DNA from: Amycolatopsis orientalis DSM 40040 = KCTC 9412
Lineage (GTDB): Bacteria; Actinomycetota; Actinomycetes; Mycobacteriales; Pseudonocardiaceae
DNA: 32,000 bases
Assembly (NCBI RefSeq): GCF_000478275.1
Contig: NZ_ASJB01000031.1
Coordinates: 85,850-117,849 of the forward strand
Direction of reading: 5' to 3'
Part shown: piece by piece, positions 1 through 9,124 of the stretch
How the letters are laid out: every line of letters starts with the position of its first letter
Numbering within the stretch: the first letter of the stretch is position 1
The notes under the pieces: generated by a model
The model's database searches: none
What the model saw: only the letters and a program-made list of their open reading frames with translations
What the model was told of the DNA's origin: nothing
Translations under genes and position numbers: made by a program

Positions 1-203
1 GGATTCTGCTTTTGCTTCTCGGTCAGGGGGAGCCGTGGGAACAGCACTACGTGGCGCAAGCGGCGATCAAGGTTCTACCGGCTCTCCTCGGGCTCGGCGA
101 CCGGAACGCTCGCCGGCTGCGGACTCGTCTTATCGATCTCGGCTATCACGGTGCTGAGAACATCCCGCTGCCACCAGCCAACGGCGATGAGCCCATCGAG
201 TAG
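1..203 (+). CDS. 3' end of a CDS entering from upstream of the window (hypothetical protein, C-terminal fragment)
   Basis: The frame is open from the window edge to TAG at 201-203. No recognisable domain in ...LGLGDRNARRLRTRLIDLGYHGAENIPLPPANGDEPIE. Confidence 0.3.
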   Translation, partial: ILLLLLGQGEPWEQHYVAQAAIKVLPALLGLGDRNARRLRTRLIDLGYHGAENIPLPPANGDEPIE

Positions 204-366
204 CTCTCCTGGAACTCGGAACCGTGCAAACGAGGTATGCCTTTGGCAGGGGTGCTGACGGGAGCAGATTCCCCGCGTCCACTACGCGAACGAAACCGAC
301 GAAGCCGAGCGCCTGCGAGCAGCCGCCCACCTACCGATTTCCGCTCTGAACCCTTAGGAAAGCGCC

Positions 367-1113
367 GTGAACCCTGAGCTCGCCCCAGTCGTCGACGTCG
401 ATGACTCCAGCACGTGGCCAGACCAGCTCGCACATCGAGTGTACGAGCTGGCCGAGCAACGGCAGGGCCTGATCGATGACCCCGCCGAGTTCGGCTGTTC
501 CGACCTCGACCTCTGGGAACGCGACGCGGAAGTCCGCCGGCTACTCGACGGCTACCTCTTGCGCGGCTACCACGCGACCCGGTTGCTGGCACACGAAACC
601 GACAACATCCGCGCTCACGGACTGCGCCTGTTTGACGCCAAACTTGGTACTGCCCGGCTAGACACCGCTGTAGAACACGGTTACCTCACAACGGATGAAC
701 ACGCGACCCTGATCCAAGGGATGGCCCTCACCAGTAATCGTGTCGGACAGATCTGCCTGTTTCTGTCCAAGACCACCCTCACCGAGGACGCAGAAGGTTT
801 GAACCTCCTTCTCGCCGCCTGGGGCGGTGAAGCCATCTACATGCCTCACGTCCACACCGACAACCCGATAAACACGAAACTGCGATCGATCGGCATCCCC
901 AGCATCGTGGTGGCCCTACTCGATCTCCGCGCCTCACCGACGACGACCGCGTTTCCCGGTGTGGCGAACGTGTTCATTGGCGCATCCCTCGGTCTGTCCA
1001 GCCTCACAGTCGATGTCTTCTACCGGGCACCGATTGCACCCGCACACATCGAACGGATCATTCATCCCGGCGACGTCGAATACCCCCAACATCAAGGTCT
1101 TCCTCAGGCGTAG
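367..1113 (+). CDS. hypothetical protein (248 aa), no confidently recognised domain
   Basis: Uninterrupted 248-codon ORF with a GTG start. Composition is protein-like, not the Arg/Pro/Gly shadow-frame type. Same strand as the downstream STAND pair. Confidence 0.55.
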   Translation: MNPELAPVVDVDDSSTWPDQLAHRVYELAEQRQGLIDDPAEFGCSDLDLWERDAEVRRLLDGYLLRGYHATRLLAHETDNIRAHGLRLFDAKLGTARLDTAVEHGYLTTDEHATLIQGMALTSNRVGQICLFLSKTTLTEDAEGLNLLLAAWGGEAIYMPHVHTDNPINTKLRSIGIPSIVVALLDLRASPTTTAFPGVANVFIGASLGLSSLTVDVFYRAPIAPAHIERIIHPGDVEYPQHQGLPQA

Positions 1114-1587
1114 AGATCTACCCGCTCCGCTCCCACGTCGTACGACGGCTCAGACCCGCGGTGCCGGGCATCGTGTAGCGGCGGTCTATTGCCATCGCAG
1201 CCCCTACCGAGCTACCCGAGCCGGCCTGTAAGGCGGCGCCGCCGGCTCGTCTCGGGTGCGGATGCTGCCGCGCCGCATAGAGGGGGACGGTGGCGTCTAG
1301 GCCGCCTGCGGCTGCGTGTGGGGTTCCAAAAGTCGTTCACCGGCGCTGACCAGTGAATTTACGCGGCCCGTTCGCATTCGTTGATCAGGCCTCCGAGCGG
1401 CCACTGTCGCTTGATCCGCTGAGAGTTGAGGTATGCCACGGGGTGAGTCGGCCGGGTGGGAGAAGCTCGCGGGAGCGCTGCGGTCGTCGACCGTTGATAA
1501 CACAACGTAGTTCTCCGATTGCGTGGCGCCAGAGTGCATGCTTCGTAGACACTGACTGAGTAGCGGTGCAGGCCCAGCCTTGTCTAC

Positions 1588-2004
1588 TTGGGGGTGTTCG
1601 CGGTGTCGATGGAGGCTGTAGATCTGGTTGTGACGGCGCTGACCGCAGGCGCGGCAGCCGGAATGAAAGACACCGCGACGTCGATGGTGAAGGATGCGTA
1701 CCGTGGCTTGGTCACCGCCGTCCGCGACCGCCTGAGCCGAGACGGCGAAGAACCCGCCTTTGTTTCGATGGTCGAGGCACACGCAGCGGACCCCGATGAC
1801 TGGCGTGAAGATCTGGCAGCGGCCCTGCGCGCCGTCGATGTCGCTGACGACGCGGTTCTACTGGCCGCGGCGCGCGACTTGCTGGCCTTGATGGAGGTAC
1901 CCGGGACCGATACCTCGAAGTACACAGTGAGCATCCGTGACTCCCAGGGAGTCCAAGTTGGTGACGGCAACACCCTGCACATCGGCCACCCGAGCGGCCA
2001 GTAG
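1588..2004 (+). CDS. small helical protein with hydrophobic N-terminal helix and C-terminal KYTVSIRDSQGVQVGDGNTLHI motif (Bell-domain/amyloid-signalling-type partner of the adjacent NLR)
   Basis: 138-codon ORF with a TTG start at 1588 and alternative starts at GTG 1594 and ATG 1609. It ends 5 nt before the NB-ARC gene start. The N-terminus AVDLVVTALTAGAAAG is hydrophobic. The C-terminal 22 aa are echoed at the N-terminus of the next protein. Confidence 0.6.
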   Translation: MGVFAVSMEAVDLVVTALTAGAAAGMKDTATSMVKDAYRGLVTAVRDRLSRDGEEPAFVSMVEAHAADPDDWREDLAAALRAVDVADDAVLLAAARDLLALMEVPGTDTSKYTVSIRDSQGVQVGDGNTLHIGHPSGQ

Positions 2005-2009
2005 CCCGC

Positions 2010-4229
2010 ATGGCGCCTGACGACTCCGCCGGAGCGCGGCACGAGCCGCCCCGTGCAGCCGACACGGCGCGGTACGCCGCGACTATCGAGGGCGGGACCG
2101 GCGTACAGATCGGCGACGGCAACGTTCAGCACCTTCACCTGCCGCTACCGGAACCTCTCGCGTGGCCGATCCGGGTCGGCGTCGTACCACTGGCGGCGAA
2201 CTGTTTCCAACCGCGAGCCCTATGCGAGCACCGGACAGGCACTGACCGTGCTGCCGTATCAAGGGCCGCGGTATCGCCGATACGTGTCCTGTCCGGGTTG
2301 GGCGGCGTTGGCAAGACCCAACTCGCCGCGGATCACGCGGAATCACAGTGGGCCGCCGGCGCGATCGACCTTCTGGTCTGGGCCACCGCAACCTCCCGAG
2401 AATCGGTGCTGACCGGCTACGCAGACGCGGCAGCTCGCATCATCAGCCCAGTCGCCACGGTTCCGGCACGTATGGCCGAGCAACTGCTCACCTGGCTGGC
2501 ACAGACCACGCGCCGGTGGCTGATAGTCCTCGATGATTTGCAGGATCCTGGCGATCTGACGCGGCTGTGGCCACCAACTATCGCCACCGGCCAAGTCCTG
2601 GTGACGACGCGTCGACGGGACGTCGCTCTCGCCCGCGCGGACCGCACGATCACCGATGTCAACGTCTTCACGTCCGGTGAGGCAGATGCCTATCTTCACG
2701 ACGTCCTCGCTGATCGGCCTTACCTACTCGAGGGAGCCGACGAACTCGCGCGCAACCTCGGGTACCTGCCCCTAGCACTGGCGCAAGTGGCCGCCTACCT
2801 CCTCGACCGGGATCTCACCTGCAGCGAGTACTGCACCCGACTGGCCGACCAGCGCACCAAGCTCCCGGACCTGCTTCCCGGCCCTGGTGAACTCCTGCCC
2901 GACGATCACCGCAACACCCTCGCCGCTACCTGGTCACTGTCCCTTCGCCTGGCCGACCGGATGGAACCAGCGGGCGTCTCGCGGCCTCTGCTGGTCATGG
3001 CATCGCTTCTGGACCCCAATGGCATACCTACGGTTCTGTTCACTACTCCCGCCGTCCTGCGACACCTCGAAAAGGTCCTCGACAAGAAAGTCACAGCAGA
3101 ACAGGCCCGCGACGCCCTCTACATCGCCCACCGCCTCAACCTGGCAACCATCGGACGAGAGACACCGAATCGCATGATCCGAATGCACGCTCTCGTACAA
3201 CGGGCAATCGGGGAAACCACCAGCGAATCCGACCGCGAGAACGCGGCGAGAGTCTGCGCCGACGCCCTGCTGTTCGTCTGGCCACCAGTCGAACGCGACA
3301 CGGCATTCGCGCAAACCTTGCGCTCCAACACCGACGCACTGCTGGTCAACGCCGAAGCACACCTCTGGGCCCCTCGCGGTCACGAGGTTCTCTTCCGAGC
3401 AGGCGAGAGCCTTGGTGGCTCAGAACTGCTTGCCGCAGCCATCACTTACCACGAGAATCTCTGCGCCAGCGCTATGCACTACCTCGGCCCCGACCACCCG
3501 CAGACTCTCACCGCCCGCTATGCCCTGGCCGAGTGGCGTGGAGAAACAGGCGATAGCCACGCAGCGGTGTCCGCTCTTACCGGGCTGCTACCTGACCTGA
3601 TCCGAATTCTGGGGCCCGATCACGAGGACACACTGGGAGCCCGGCACAGCCTCTTACACTGGAAGGGCCAATTCGAGCCCGCAGCGAGAACTGCCGCAGC
3701 TGACGGGCTTCTGCCCGACCTCCTGCGTGTCTTCGGGCCACAGGACGATCGCGTCCTCAGGCTTCGCCTCGATCTCGCCCGCTGGCTACGCAGATCCGGC
3801 GACCTGGTTGCTGCCGTCGAAGCGCTCCATTCCGTGCTCGCCGACCAGCAGGCGGCCTTGGGCGCCGATCACCCGAGCATCACCAAAACCCGCTTCAACA
3901 TCGCCATGTGCCGGGGCGAAGCAGGCCATCCACTTGATGCTGTGGCGATGCTGGAGGAGTTGCTGGCCGACGAGTTTCGGGTCTTCGGTGCCAGCCGGCC
4001 TCACTGGCAGCTGTCAATTCGTGCCGAGGTTGCCTACTGGCAACACGAGGCGGGTGACACCGTCGCCGCGGTGGCGGTTCTCGAAGAACTCCTGGTCGAC
4101 CAGGTCCGCCTCGGCGGTCCCGACCACCCGAGAACGTCCTACACCCGTAGGAAACTCGAAGCGTGGCGACAACCGCTGTCGATGCATCCCGATCCCGAAA
4201 TACCTGGCCGCAGTCGAGAAGGCACCTAG
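2010..4229 (+). CDS. STAND NTPase, NB-ARC domain with C-terminal TPR repeats (bacterial NLR-like)
   Basis: - Walker A: GLGGVGKTQLA.
- Walker B: RWLIVLDDL.
- VLVTTRRRDV strand.
- GYLPLALAQVAAYL (GLPLAL-type NB-ARC motif).
- Repeated TPR-like units: GPDHPQTLTARYALAEWRGETGD, GPDHEDTLGARHSLLHWKG, GADHPSITKTRFNIAMCRGEAG and GPDHPRTSYTRRKLEAW.
- No effector domain N-terminal to the NTPase, only the RYAATIEGGTGVQIGDGNVQHL motif. Confidence 0.9.
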   Translation: MAPDDSAGARHEPPRAADTARYAATIEGGTGVQIGDGNVQHLHLPLPEPLAWPIRVGVVPLAANCFQPRALCEHRTGTDRAAVSRAAVSPIRVLSGLGGVGKTQLAADHAESQWAAGAIDLLVWATATSRESVLTGYADAAARIISPVATVPARMAEQLLTWLAQTTRRWLIVLDDLQDPGDLTRLWPPTIATGQVLVTTRRRDVALARADRTITDVNVFTSGEADAYLHDVLADRPYLLEGADELARNLGYLPLALAQVAAYLLDRDLTCSEYCTRLADQRTKLPDLLPGPGELLPDDHRNTLAATWSLSLRLADRMEPAGVSRPLLVMASLLDPNGIPTVLFTTPAVLRHLEKVLDKKVTAEQARDALYIAHRLNLATIGRETPNRMIRMHALVQRAIGETTSESDRENAARVCADALLFVWPPVERDTAFAQTLRSNTDALLVNAEAHLWAPRGHEVLFRAGESLGGSELLAAAITYHENLCASAMHYLGPDHPQTLTARYALAEWRGETGDSHAAVSALTGLLPDLIRILGPDHEDTLGARHSLLHWKGQFEPAARTAAADGLLPDLLRVFGPQDDRVLRLRLDLARWLRRSGDLVAAVEALHSVLADQQAALGADHPSITKTRFNIAMCRGEAGHPLDAVAMLEELLADEFRVFGASRPHWQLSIRAEVAYWQHEAGDTVAAVAVLEELLVDQVRLGGPDHPRTSYTRRKLEAWRQPLSMHPDPEIPGRSREGT

Positions 4230-4428
4230 ACCCCGCAGACTGTGAAGGCTGTGCGGTGTCGGCCCGTCGGAGGTAGCCGACCTTGGTCGCCCAAGCAAGT
4301 TCGGAGCCATGAACCCGCGAGAGTTAGGAGAGAGCTGCGGTTTCGGCGTGGCCTTGACTGTTTCTGCCGCCGAACCGGAGCGGGAAGACGATCAACGGTT
4401 GGACTGTTCACCTAAGGAGAGCTGAGCG

Positions 4429-5172
4429 ATGGGGTCTACTGCGCTGTCGATGATCGACATGCAGAACTCGTACGTCGCGGAGGATGGCGTCCGGGACGCG
4501 TTGGGCTGGCCGCCGATCTGGCGGTTGGAGGAGACGGTCACGGCCTGCGCGGATCTGCTGGCAGCTGCACGGGCCCAGGAATTGCAGGTCATCTACTCCC
4601 GGTCGACCGGCGGTGCTGCCGGGACACTCGGAGAGAGTCCCCGCATGGCTCGGTTGCTGGCTCACCGCGGGCACCTCATTCCTGAAGTGGGAGCGGCCGG
4701 CCAGGAGTGGAACCGGCAGATCATGGACGCGGTCGCGCCTGAGCAAGGTGACGTCATACTGGACAAGACCCGGGCCAGCTTCTTTGACTACACCGAACTT
4801 GATCCGCTGCTTCACAACCTCGGCGTCCAACGACTCGTCGTCGCTGGCTTGCAGACGAACGTGTGCGTCGAAGCCACCGCCCGAGCCGCGCTGGCCCGCA
4901 ACTTCGAGGTCGCCGTGCCCGGCGACGCGGTGTCAACAGACGGCCCCGCCTTGCACGAGGGCGCGCTCAACTCCCTACGCGTCCTCTATACAGAGGTCGC
5001 CCCATGGCGCGAGATCCTCACACCCGACGCGCCCTGGGACCGTGCCTTCACCACGCCGAACTACGGCCGCGATCCGGCTTACTGGACCGAGACCACCGCA
5101 ACCGCGCGTCAGAGACACGGTGAACAGAATCGCTCCAACCGGCCAGTCATCCACAGGTCGGTCCGCGGCTGA
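4429..5172 (+). CDS. isochorismatase-family cysteine hydrolase
   Basis: - MIDMQNSY near the N-terminus.
- LVVAGLQTNVCVEATARAA catalytic-Cys motif.
- AAGGAG Shine-Dalgarno sequence 8 nt upstream of the ATG. Confidence 0.85.
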   Translation: MGSTALSMIDMQNSYVAEDGVRDALGWPPIWRLEETVTACADLLAAARAQELQVIYSRSTGGAAGTLGESPRMARLLAHRGHLIPEVGAAGQEWNRQIMDAVAPEQGDVILDKTRASFFDYTELDPLLHNLGVQRLVVAGLQTNVCVEATARAALARNFEVAVPGDAVSTDGPALHEGALNSLRVLYTEVAPWREILTPDAPWDRAFTTPNYGRDPAYWTETTATARQRHGEQNRSNRPVIHRSVRG

Positions 5173-6229
5173 TCCGATCGCTAAAGGCTGCGGCACGACG
5201 GCCCAGCGACGATGAACCAGTCACCAGCGCTGGATCGGGCAGACCGGTCACCTCGCCCTGTGGTAACGCTCCTTCACGGGATCGTGACGCCATCATGGAG
5301 CCCCGCACGGCGCGCCAATCACCGGCGACCAGGTGGGGGCCGTGCCGGACAGGGCGCGGCCAGGCTCCGGTGCGCGCGGCCGCCCACGAGCGCGGTGTTT
5401 CCTGCTCGACGGTACGGTAGGGCAGCCGAGCAGGAAGACTGACGCACTTCTCGCAATCCGCAGACTTTCATAGGCCAGCAACTCCTGGACCCAAGCTGAC
5501 TGGACAAGCGTGTCCCAGTACTTGCAGGGATCACCAAGGCCACCCCAAGCCCCCTGTGGTACGAGTTGACAACTACTTTCCTGGTTGGCGCAACGTTGAT
5601 CATCGTATGCCTACTGTCGACGACCTCACCGTGGCGATTGGACGCCACAGGATGAGGCCACCTAGACCAGCATCAAGCTCTGCTGCAAGCCCATGCTTAC
5701 CAGTCAATGACCTGCGCAGAGGCTCCTCCGAGCCCGGCTGTGAGGACTACAAACCCACTGCCAACTCTTACCAGCAAGCTGTGGCGCCAAGGCCAGGCTT
5801 GTGCACCGCTCTGAGCTTGGCATTCAGCGACTCTTCCGCGCCCAACTTCAGTGACACGCGAGGGTAGCCAGCTGCCACATCGTGCAGCCTTGATGATGCG
5901 CCTCATCCAACAAGGAGACTACGTAGCGAACTGCTCCACACAGAGTTGGCTTCGACCTGAGGCGCATCGGCCACAAGACTTGTTGACCCTGATGCGATAA
6001 CCACGTCAGGTCGACGCTTAACAATTCACTGCCGGATTATTAAGCATTTGAATTGAATTAATAGATTCCTCGCAATTACCCACCCTGCATTGTCCGCCAC
6101 CATTAACTTACTCGGCGTGCCAACCTCTCTACCAGCGACGATGCGGCTACCGGGGGGTGGCTGATGGCCGAAAAATAAGCCTGGTACTCTTACCTCAGAG
6201 TTTCGGGCACGACAGCGTGCTGCGAAAAC

Positions 6230-6265
6230 AAGCCCCGGGCACCCGCCCGGGGCTTTCGTCGTTTT
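6230..6265 (+). terminator. rho-independent-terminator-like hairpin (possible attenuator) immediately upstream of the 6280 gene
   Basis: The arm aagccccggg (6230-6239) pairs with cccggggctt (6246-6255) around a 6-nt loop. It is followed by tcgtcgtttt and preceded by aaaac. It ends 15 nt before the GTG at 6280. Confidence 0.4.
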
Positions 6266-6279
6266 GAAGGGAGGGTGAA

Positions 6280-6894
6280 GTGGGACGGCGTCGCAATAAG
6301 CGAACCGCTGACGAGTCGCAAAACACTCGTGGTGAACCCGAGTCACCGTCGGTTGCTGTGCGTCCAGCTCAGGACGCACCCCCTCCCATCAGCCCAACTG
6401 TGTCGTCAGCTGCGCCTACAGAGGAGCGAGACGTGCCTGACTCGCATGGCCCCGATGCCGAGACTCAGCGGGGGCAACAACTGGCAAGTACTACCGGAGA
6501 CAGTCCCCGGTTCCCCAGCAGCTTGGGCGACTACGGTCCGCGTGCCGGGACAGCTCCCCAGAACTTCCTGGACCTGCTGGACCGCTGGTTCATCCGCGCC
6601 ACTCAGTCTCCGCAGGCGACTATGTTGCACCTATTGCTGGTTGTAGGCATCCTCGGCCTACCGATTCTCGGCCTCAGCTACTTACCGACGGTGGTTGCGA
6701 ACGTGAGTTCTGCCGTCAACATCCCGAAGTCCATCCTGTGGCTGGCAACCACGGGTACAGGAGCAGGCATCGTCGTGCCCTTGGCGAGGTGGGCGCTGCG
6801 GACCCACCGAAAGAAGCAGGCGTCTAGCGTGGCGCCAACTGACGATGCAGGTGTAGTCGACGAGTTACCTAGGACAGGTGAGACTCAACCCTGA
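6280..6894 (+). CDS. hypothetical membrane protein (basic/disordered N-terminus, two predicted TM helices)
   Basis: GGGAGG Shine-Dalgarno sequence upstream of the GTG. The N-terminus is MGRRRNKR. Hydrophobic segments are LLLVVGILGLPILGLSYL and ILWLATTGTGAGIVVPLA. Confidence 0.6.
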   Translation: MGRRRNKRTADESQNTRGEPESPSVAVRPAQDAPPPISPTVSSAAPTEERDVPDSHGPDAETQRGQQLASTTGDSPRFPSSLGDYGPRAGTAPQNFLDLLDRWFIRATQSPQATMLHLLLVVGILGLPILGLSYLPTVVANVSSAVNIPKSILWLATTGTGAGIVVPLARWALRTHRKKQASSVAPTDDAGVVDELPRTGETQP

Positions 6895-7126
6895 GCCCTG
6901 CCCATATGGCGAACGCAGTAGTGACCACCATTGCAGCCACTACAACTGCCAGCGCAGGCGCAGCAGACAAGCCCACCAGGCTCGCGACGAAAGCGCCACA
7001 AGCCAAGCCGGCTAGCGCTGCGCCCACGCTCAGAAAACTTGTGACGGCAATGAGCACCACAAGCTGAGTTGGACCTGACTTCACGGGAAGCATCCTCTCG
7101 AGAGTACGGGATGAAGCATCAAGCAA
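6869..7126 (-). CDS. small hydrophobic membrane protein (hypothetical)
   Basis: 85-codon ORF that is almost entirely Ala/Val/Leu TM-like sequence (LVVLIAVTSFLSVGAALAGLACGAFVASLVGL..AVVVAAMVVTTAFAIWAGL). Its 3' end overlaps the convergent 6280 gene by 26 nt. Confidence 0.4.
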   Translation of the reverse strand: MLDASSRTLERMLPVKSGPTQLVVLIAVTSFLSVGAALAGLACGAFVASLVGLSAAPALAVVVAAMVVTTAFAIWAGLRVESHLS

Positions 7127-7474
7127 GCCATCGAGCGTCCCCTCGGCATGATGAGCCCCACATCAACGTCCAGTCTTGACCTATGGTCGCAGTGCTGGGA
7201 TCACAGCTGCACCAGGGCGTGACAAGGGTGTCTCGAACTCCTCTCCTGGGCGACCCACGCCTTCTCGACACCCAGATCAAGTGGAGCGCCAGACTGCTGG
7301 AGCAAGCTAGCAGCCTGTGCGCTGCGCTTATTGAACCAACTCTCGCTGATCGGGAACTGGGTTCCGGGCACCCGACCGAGGTCGCTGGGCGCAACCTCGC
7401 CAGCACCTAATCTCAGCGGGCGGCTTGACTAGTCAAGCACCCTATACGCGACCATCCCACGGTCTCCACCCCGT

Positions 7475-7705
7475 TCACATGGGGACGAAGTCCGTGCCTG
7501 CAGCCACCCAGCCCAGCTGGTGTTCGCCGCCGAGGATGTCCTCGACCGCGTCGACGACCACGGTGACCTGCTCGCCGACCTCGGCGCCACAAGCGCGTAC
7601 TGCCTTAAGCCGGTCCCGGAACACAGACCGACGCCGACCCGAGAGCACCTCAGTCGTGCGAGACCGGTACACGCCGCTCAAGGTCTGACGTGACTGCTTG
7701 CTCAT
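7475..7705 (-). CDS. hypothetical small protein (76 aa)
   Basis: ATG-initiated ORF in which most codons end in G/C on hand inspection. No recognisable domain. Confidence 0.3.
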   Translation of the reverse strand: MSKQSRQTLSGVYRSRTTEVLSGRRRSVFRDRLKAVRACGAEVGEQVTVVVDAVEDILGGEHQLGWVAAGTDFVPM

Positions 7706-8022
7706 CGGACGACCCGCGGTTTACGAGTCGACGCGCTCGGTCAAGCGCTCCAGCACGCAGGGTGCAAGTTCAGCGGCGGTCGCCCGAATTCAGTAGCGCG
7801 GGTGACGCCGAAAAGCGGACACGCTGACAAGGGGAGCAGGCATGCACCGAGGGCCGCTCTCGGGCGGCGACGATGTCGTGGCGGTCAATCCTACCCCCCA
7901 ATGGGGTCACGGTCACGTCAGCGGCCGCGAGCTAGGCGTGCAAGCCGGTCGTAAGGCGAAGCCGGTCCAAAGCCGTCACTCAGTCTTCGTCAGCCCTAGA
8001 CTAGGCCGCTCGACATCGTAGC

Positions 8023-8060
8023 GAGTCCGTCTTCCACCACAACTGTGATGGAAGACGGAC
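8023..8060 (-). terminator. strong hairpin downstream of the WD40 fragment
   Basis: agtccgtcttccaccac (8023-8039), loop aact, then gtgatggaagacggact (8044-8060). The stem is 17 bp with one mismatch. There is no U-tract. Confidence 0.35.
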
Positions 8061-8096
8061 TTAACGGGGCGATCGCGTGCACGGGTTTGCCTGCAT

Positions 8097-8351
8097 CTAC
8101 CAACATGAGCTGCGCCTGGGTGATTGGGTCCCACAGGCGCACCTGTGATCCCCGCCGCCGGTAGTTAGCAGAGTACGGCCGTCGGGCAGCGGCACCGCAG
8201 CCACGGCATCCACTGGCCTGGTGTGGCCGGTGAGCGATTCACCGACCGGCTTACCGGTCACCGGATCCCGCAATCGCACTGTGGCATCCCCGCCAGTGGT
8301 AGCCAGCAAAGTACGACCATCAGACAACGACACCGCAGCCATCGCCAGCAC
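8097..8351 (-). pseudogene. WD40-repeat protein, 3' fragment only (truncated gene)
   Basis: Two WD40-like blades: DGRTLLATTGGDATVRLRDPVTGKPVGESLTGHTRPVDAVAAVPLPDGRTLLTTGGGD. There is no N-terminal part. The upstream side is occupied by the IS256 remnant. Confidence 0.6.
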
Positions 8352-8392
8352 TCCAGGGCCTGTCCCGTGATCGGTGTTTCCGGCGTTGTTGT

Positions 8393-8700
8393 TCAGTAGG
8401 TTTCGGCTCCCGACCAGCGGTCACCGAACGTGATGGCGAGCGCGTTGATCACTGGCTTCCAGCGCATCGTCCGTCGGGCGCGGCCTGTTCCGGTCAGGTC
8501 CAGGCTGCGGGTGACAAGGTATAGGCACTTCATCGCTGCCTGTTCGGTCGGGAAGTGCCCGCGTGCGCGGATCGCCCCCCGGTACCGGGCGCGTTGAGCG
8601 ATTCGATCGCGTTCGTGAAGCAGATCATCGTCCGGACCTCGGCGTCGTAGTCGAGGAGCGGCGTGAACTCGTCCCACGCAATGCGCCAGTGTCCGAAACA
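8393..8700 (-). mobile_element. IS256 (mutator) family transposase, 3' remnant with a frameshift
   Basis: The C-terminal signature RARGHFPTEQAAMKCLYLVTRSLDLTGTGRARRTMRWKPVINALAITFGDRWSGAETY lies in one frame. WRIAWDEFTPLLDYDAEVRTMICFTNAIESLNA (about 8590-8690) lies in another. Nothing transposase-like is seen upstream of about 8700. Confidence 0.8.
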
Positions 8701-9124
8701 GCCCAGCTGAGCACGATGTGGAGGTCGGCGCGTTCGATCATCAGGATGTCGCAGTCCAGAACGACGTCTCCGAGATCAGGTGGACGACGGTCTTTCGCGA
8801 GCGTCCGATCGGCAGGGTCTCGTAGCAAGTCCAGAGGCCAGCGAAGCTGGGATTCGCTTCGCGCAGACCACGGAGGAAACACCCGCCATGACCACGTACT
8901 AACCTTGCCTACTGTCGTAGCGACCGCGGCACAATCCCGGTGAAGTCCTTGTTGATCGGGACGTTTGTCACGTCGTCACCAGCCACCGCTGCTGGCTTGG
9001 CGAATCCCCGCACTGAGTACCGCAAGCGATGAGATGGTTCCCGCCACGAAAAGTCCTTCCCCGACACGGGAGGACCGGCCGCCCGTCGCCCCGCCCGACT
9101 ACGGGGCAACGAGCATTCGCTGGA

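Noticed and set aside
130-592. Minus-strand ORFs 146-592 (148 aa) and 130-330.
   Set aside because: Arg/Gly/Ser-rich low-complexity sequence that overlaps the plus-strand ORFs. No start context.
367-1113. The idea that the 248-aa protein is an ADP-ribosyltransferase-like effector. It was based on GYHATRLLAHETDNIRAHGL resembling the [YF]H[GA][TS]...N...I...G strand-1 motif, with GEAIYM as a possible second motif.
   Set aside because: The spacing between the putative His and Tyr motifs is about 87 aa, unlike the spacing I remember for PARP-like ARTs. No third catalytic Glu motif could be identified by eye. Kept as a hypothetical protein.
1297-2138. Minus-strand ORFs 1297-1782 (161 aa), 1584-2138 (184 aa) and 1712-2122.
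   Set aside because: They are antisense to the small helical protein gene and its upstream gap. Their composition is shadow-frame-like.
5212-5906. Possible tyrosine-integrase remnant on the minus strand. Weak resemblance of VVLTAGLGGASAQVIDW and VALVIPASTGTRLSSQL to the 'LLtGlR.sEl..L.W' integrase motif.
   Set aside because: The matches are short, occur in different frames, and lack the R..H..R..Y catalytic landmarks. This cannot be supported without BLASTX.
7119-7410. ORFs 7119-7406 minus (95 aa) and 7183-7410 plus (75 aa).
   Set aside because: They overlap each other on opposite strands. Neither has a recognisable domain or a convincing start context.
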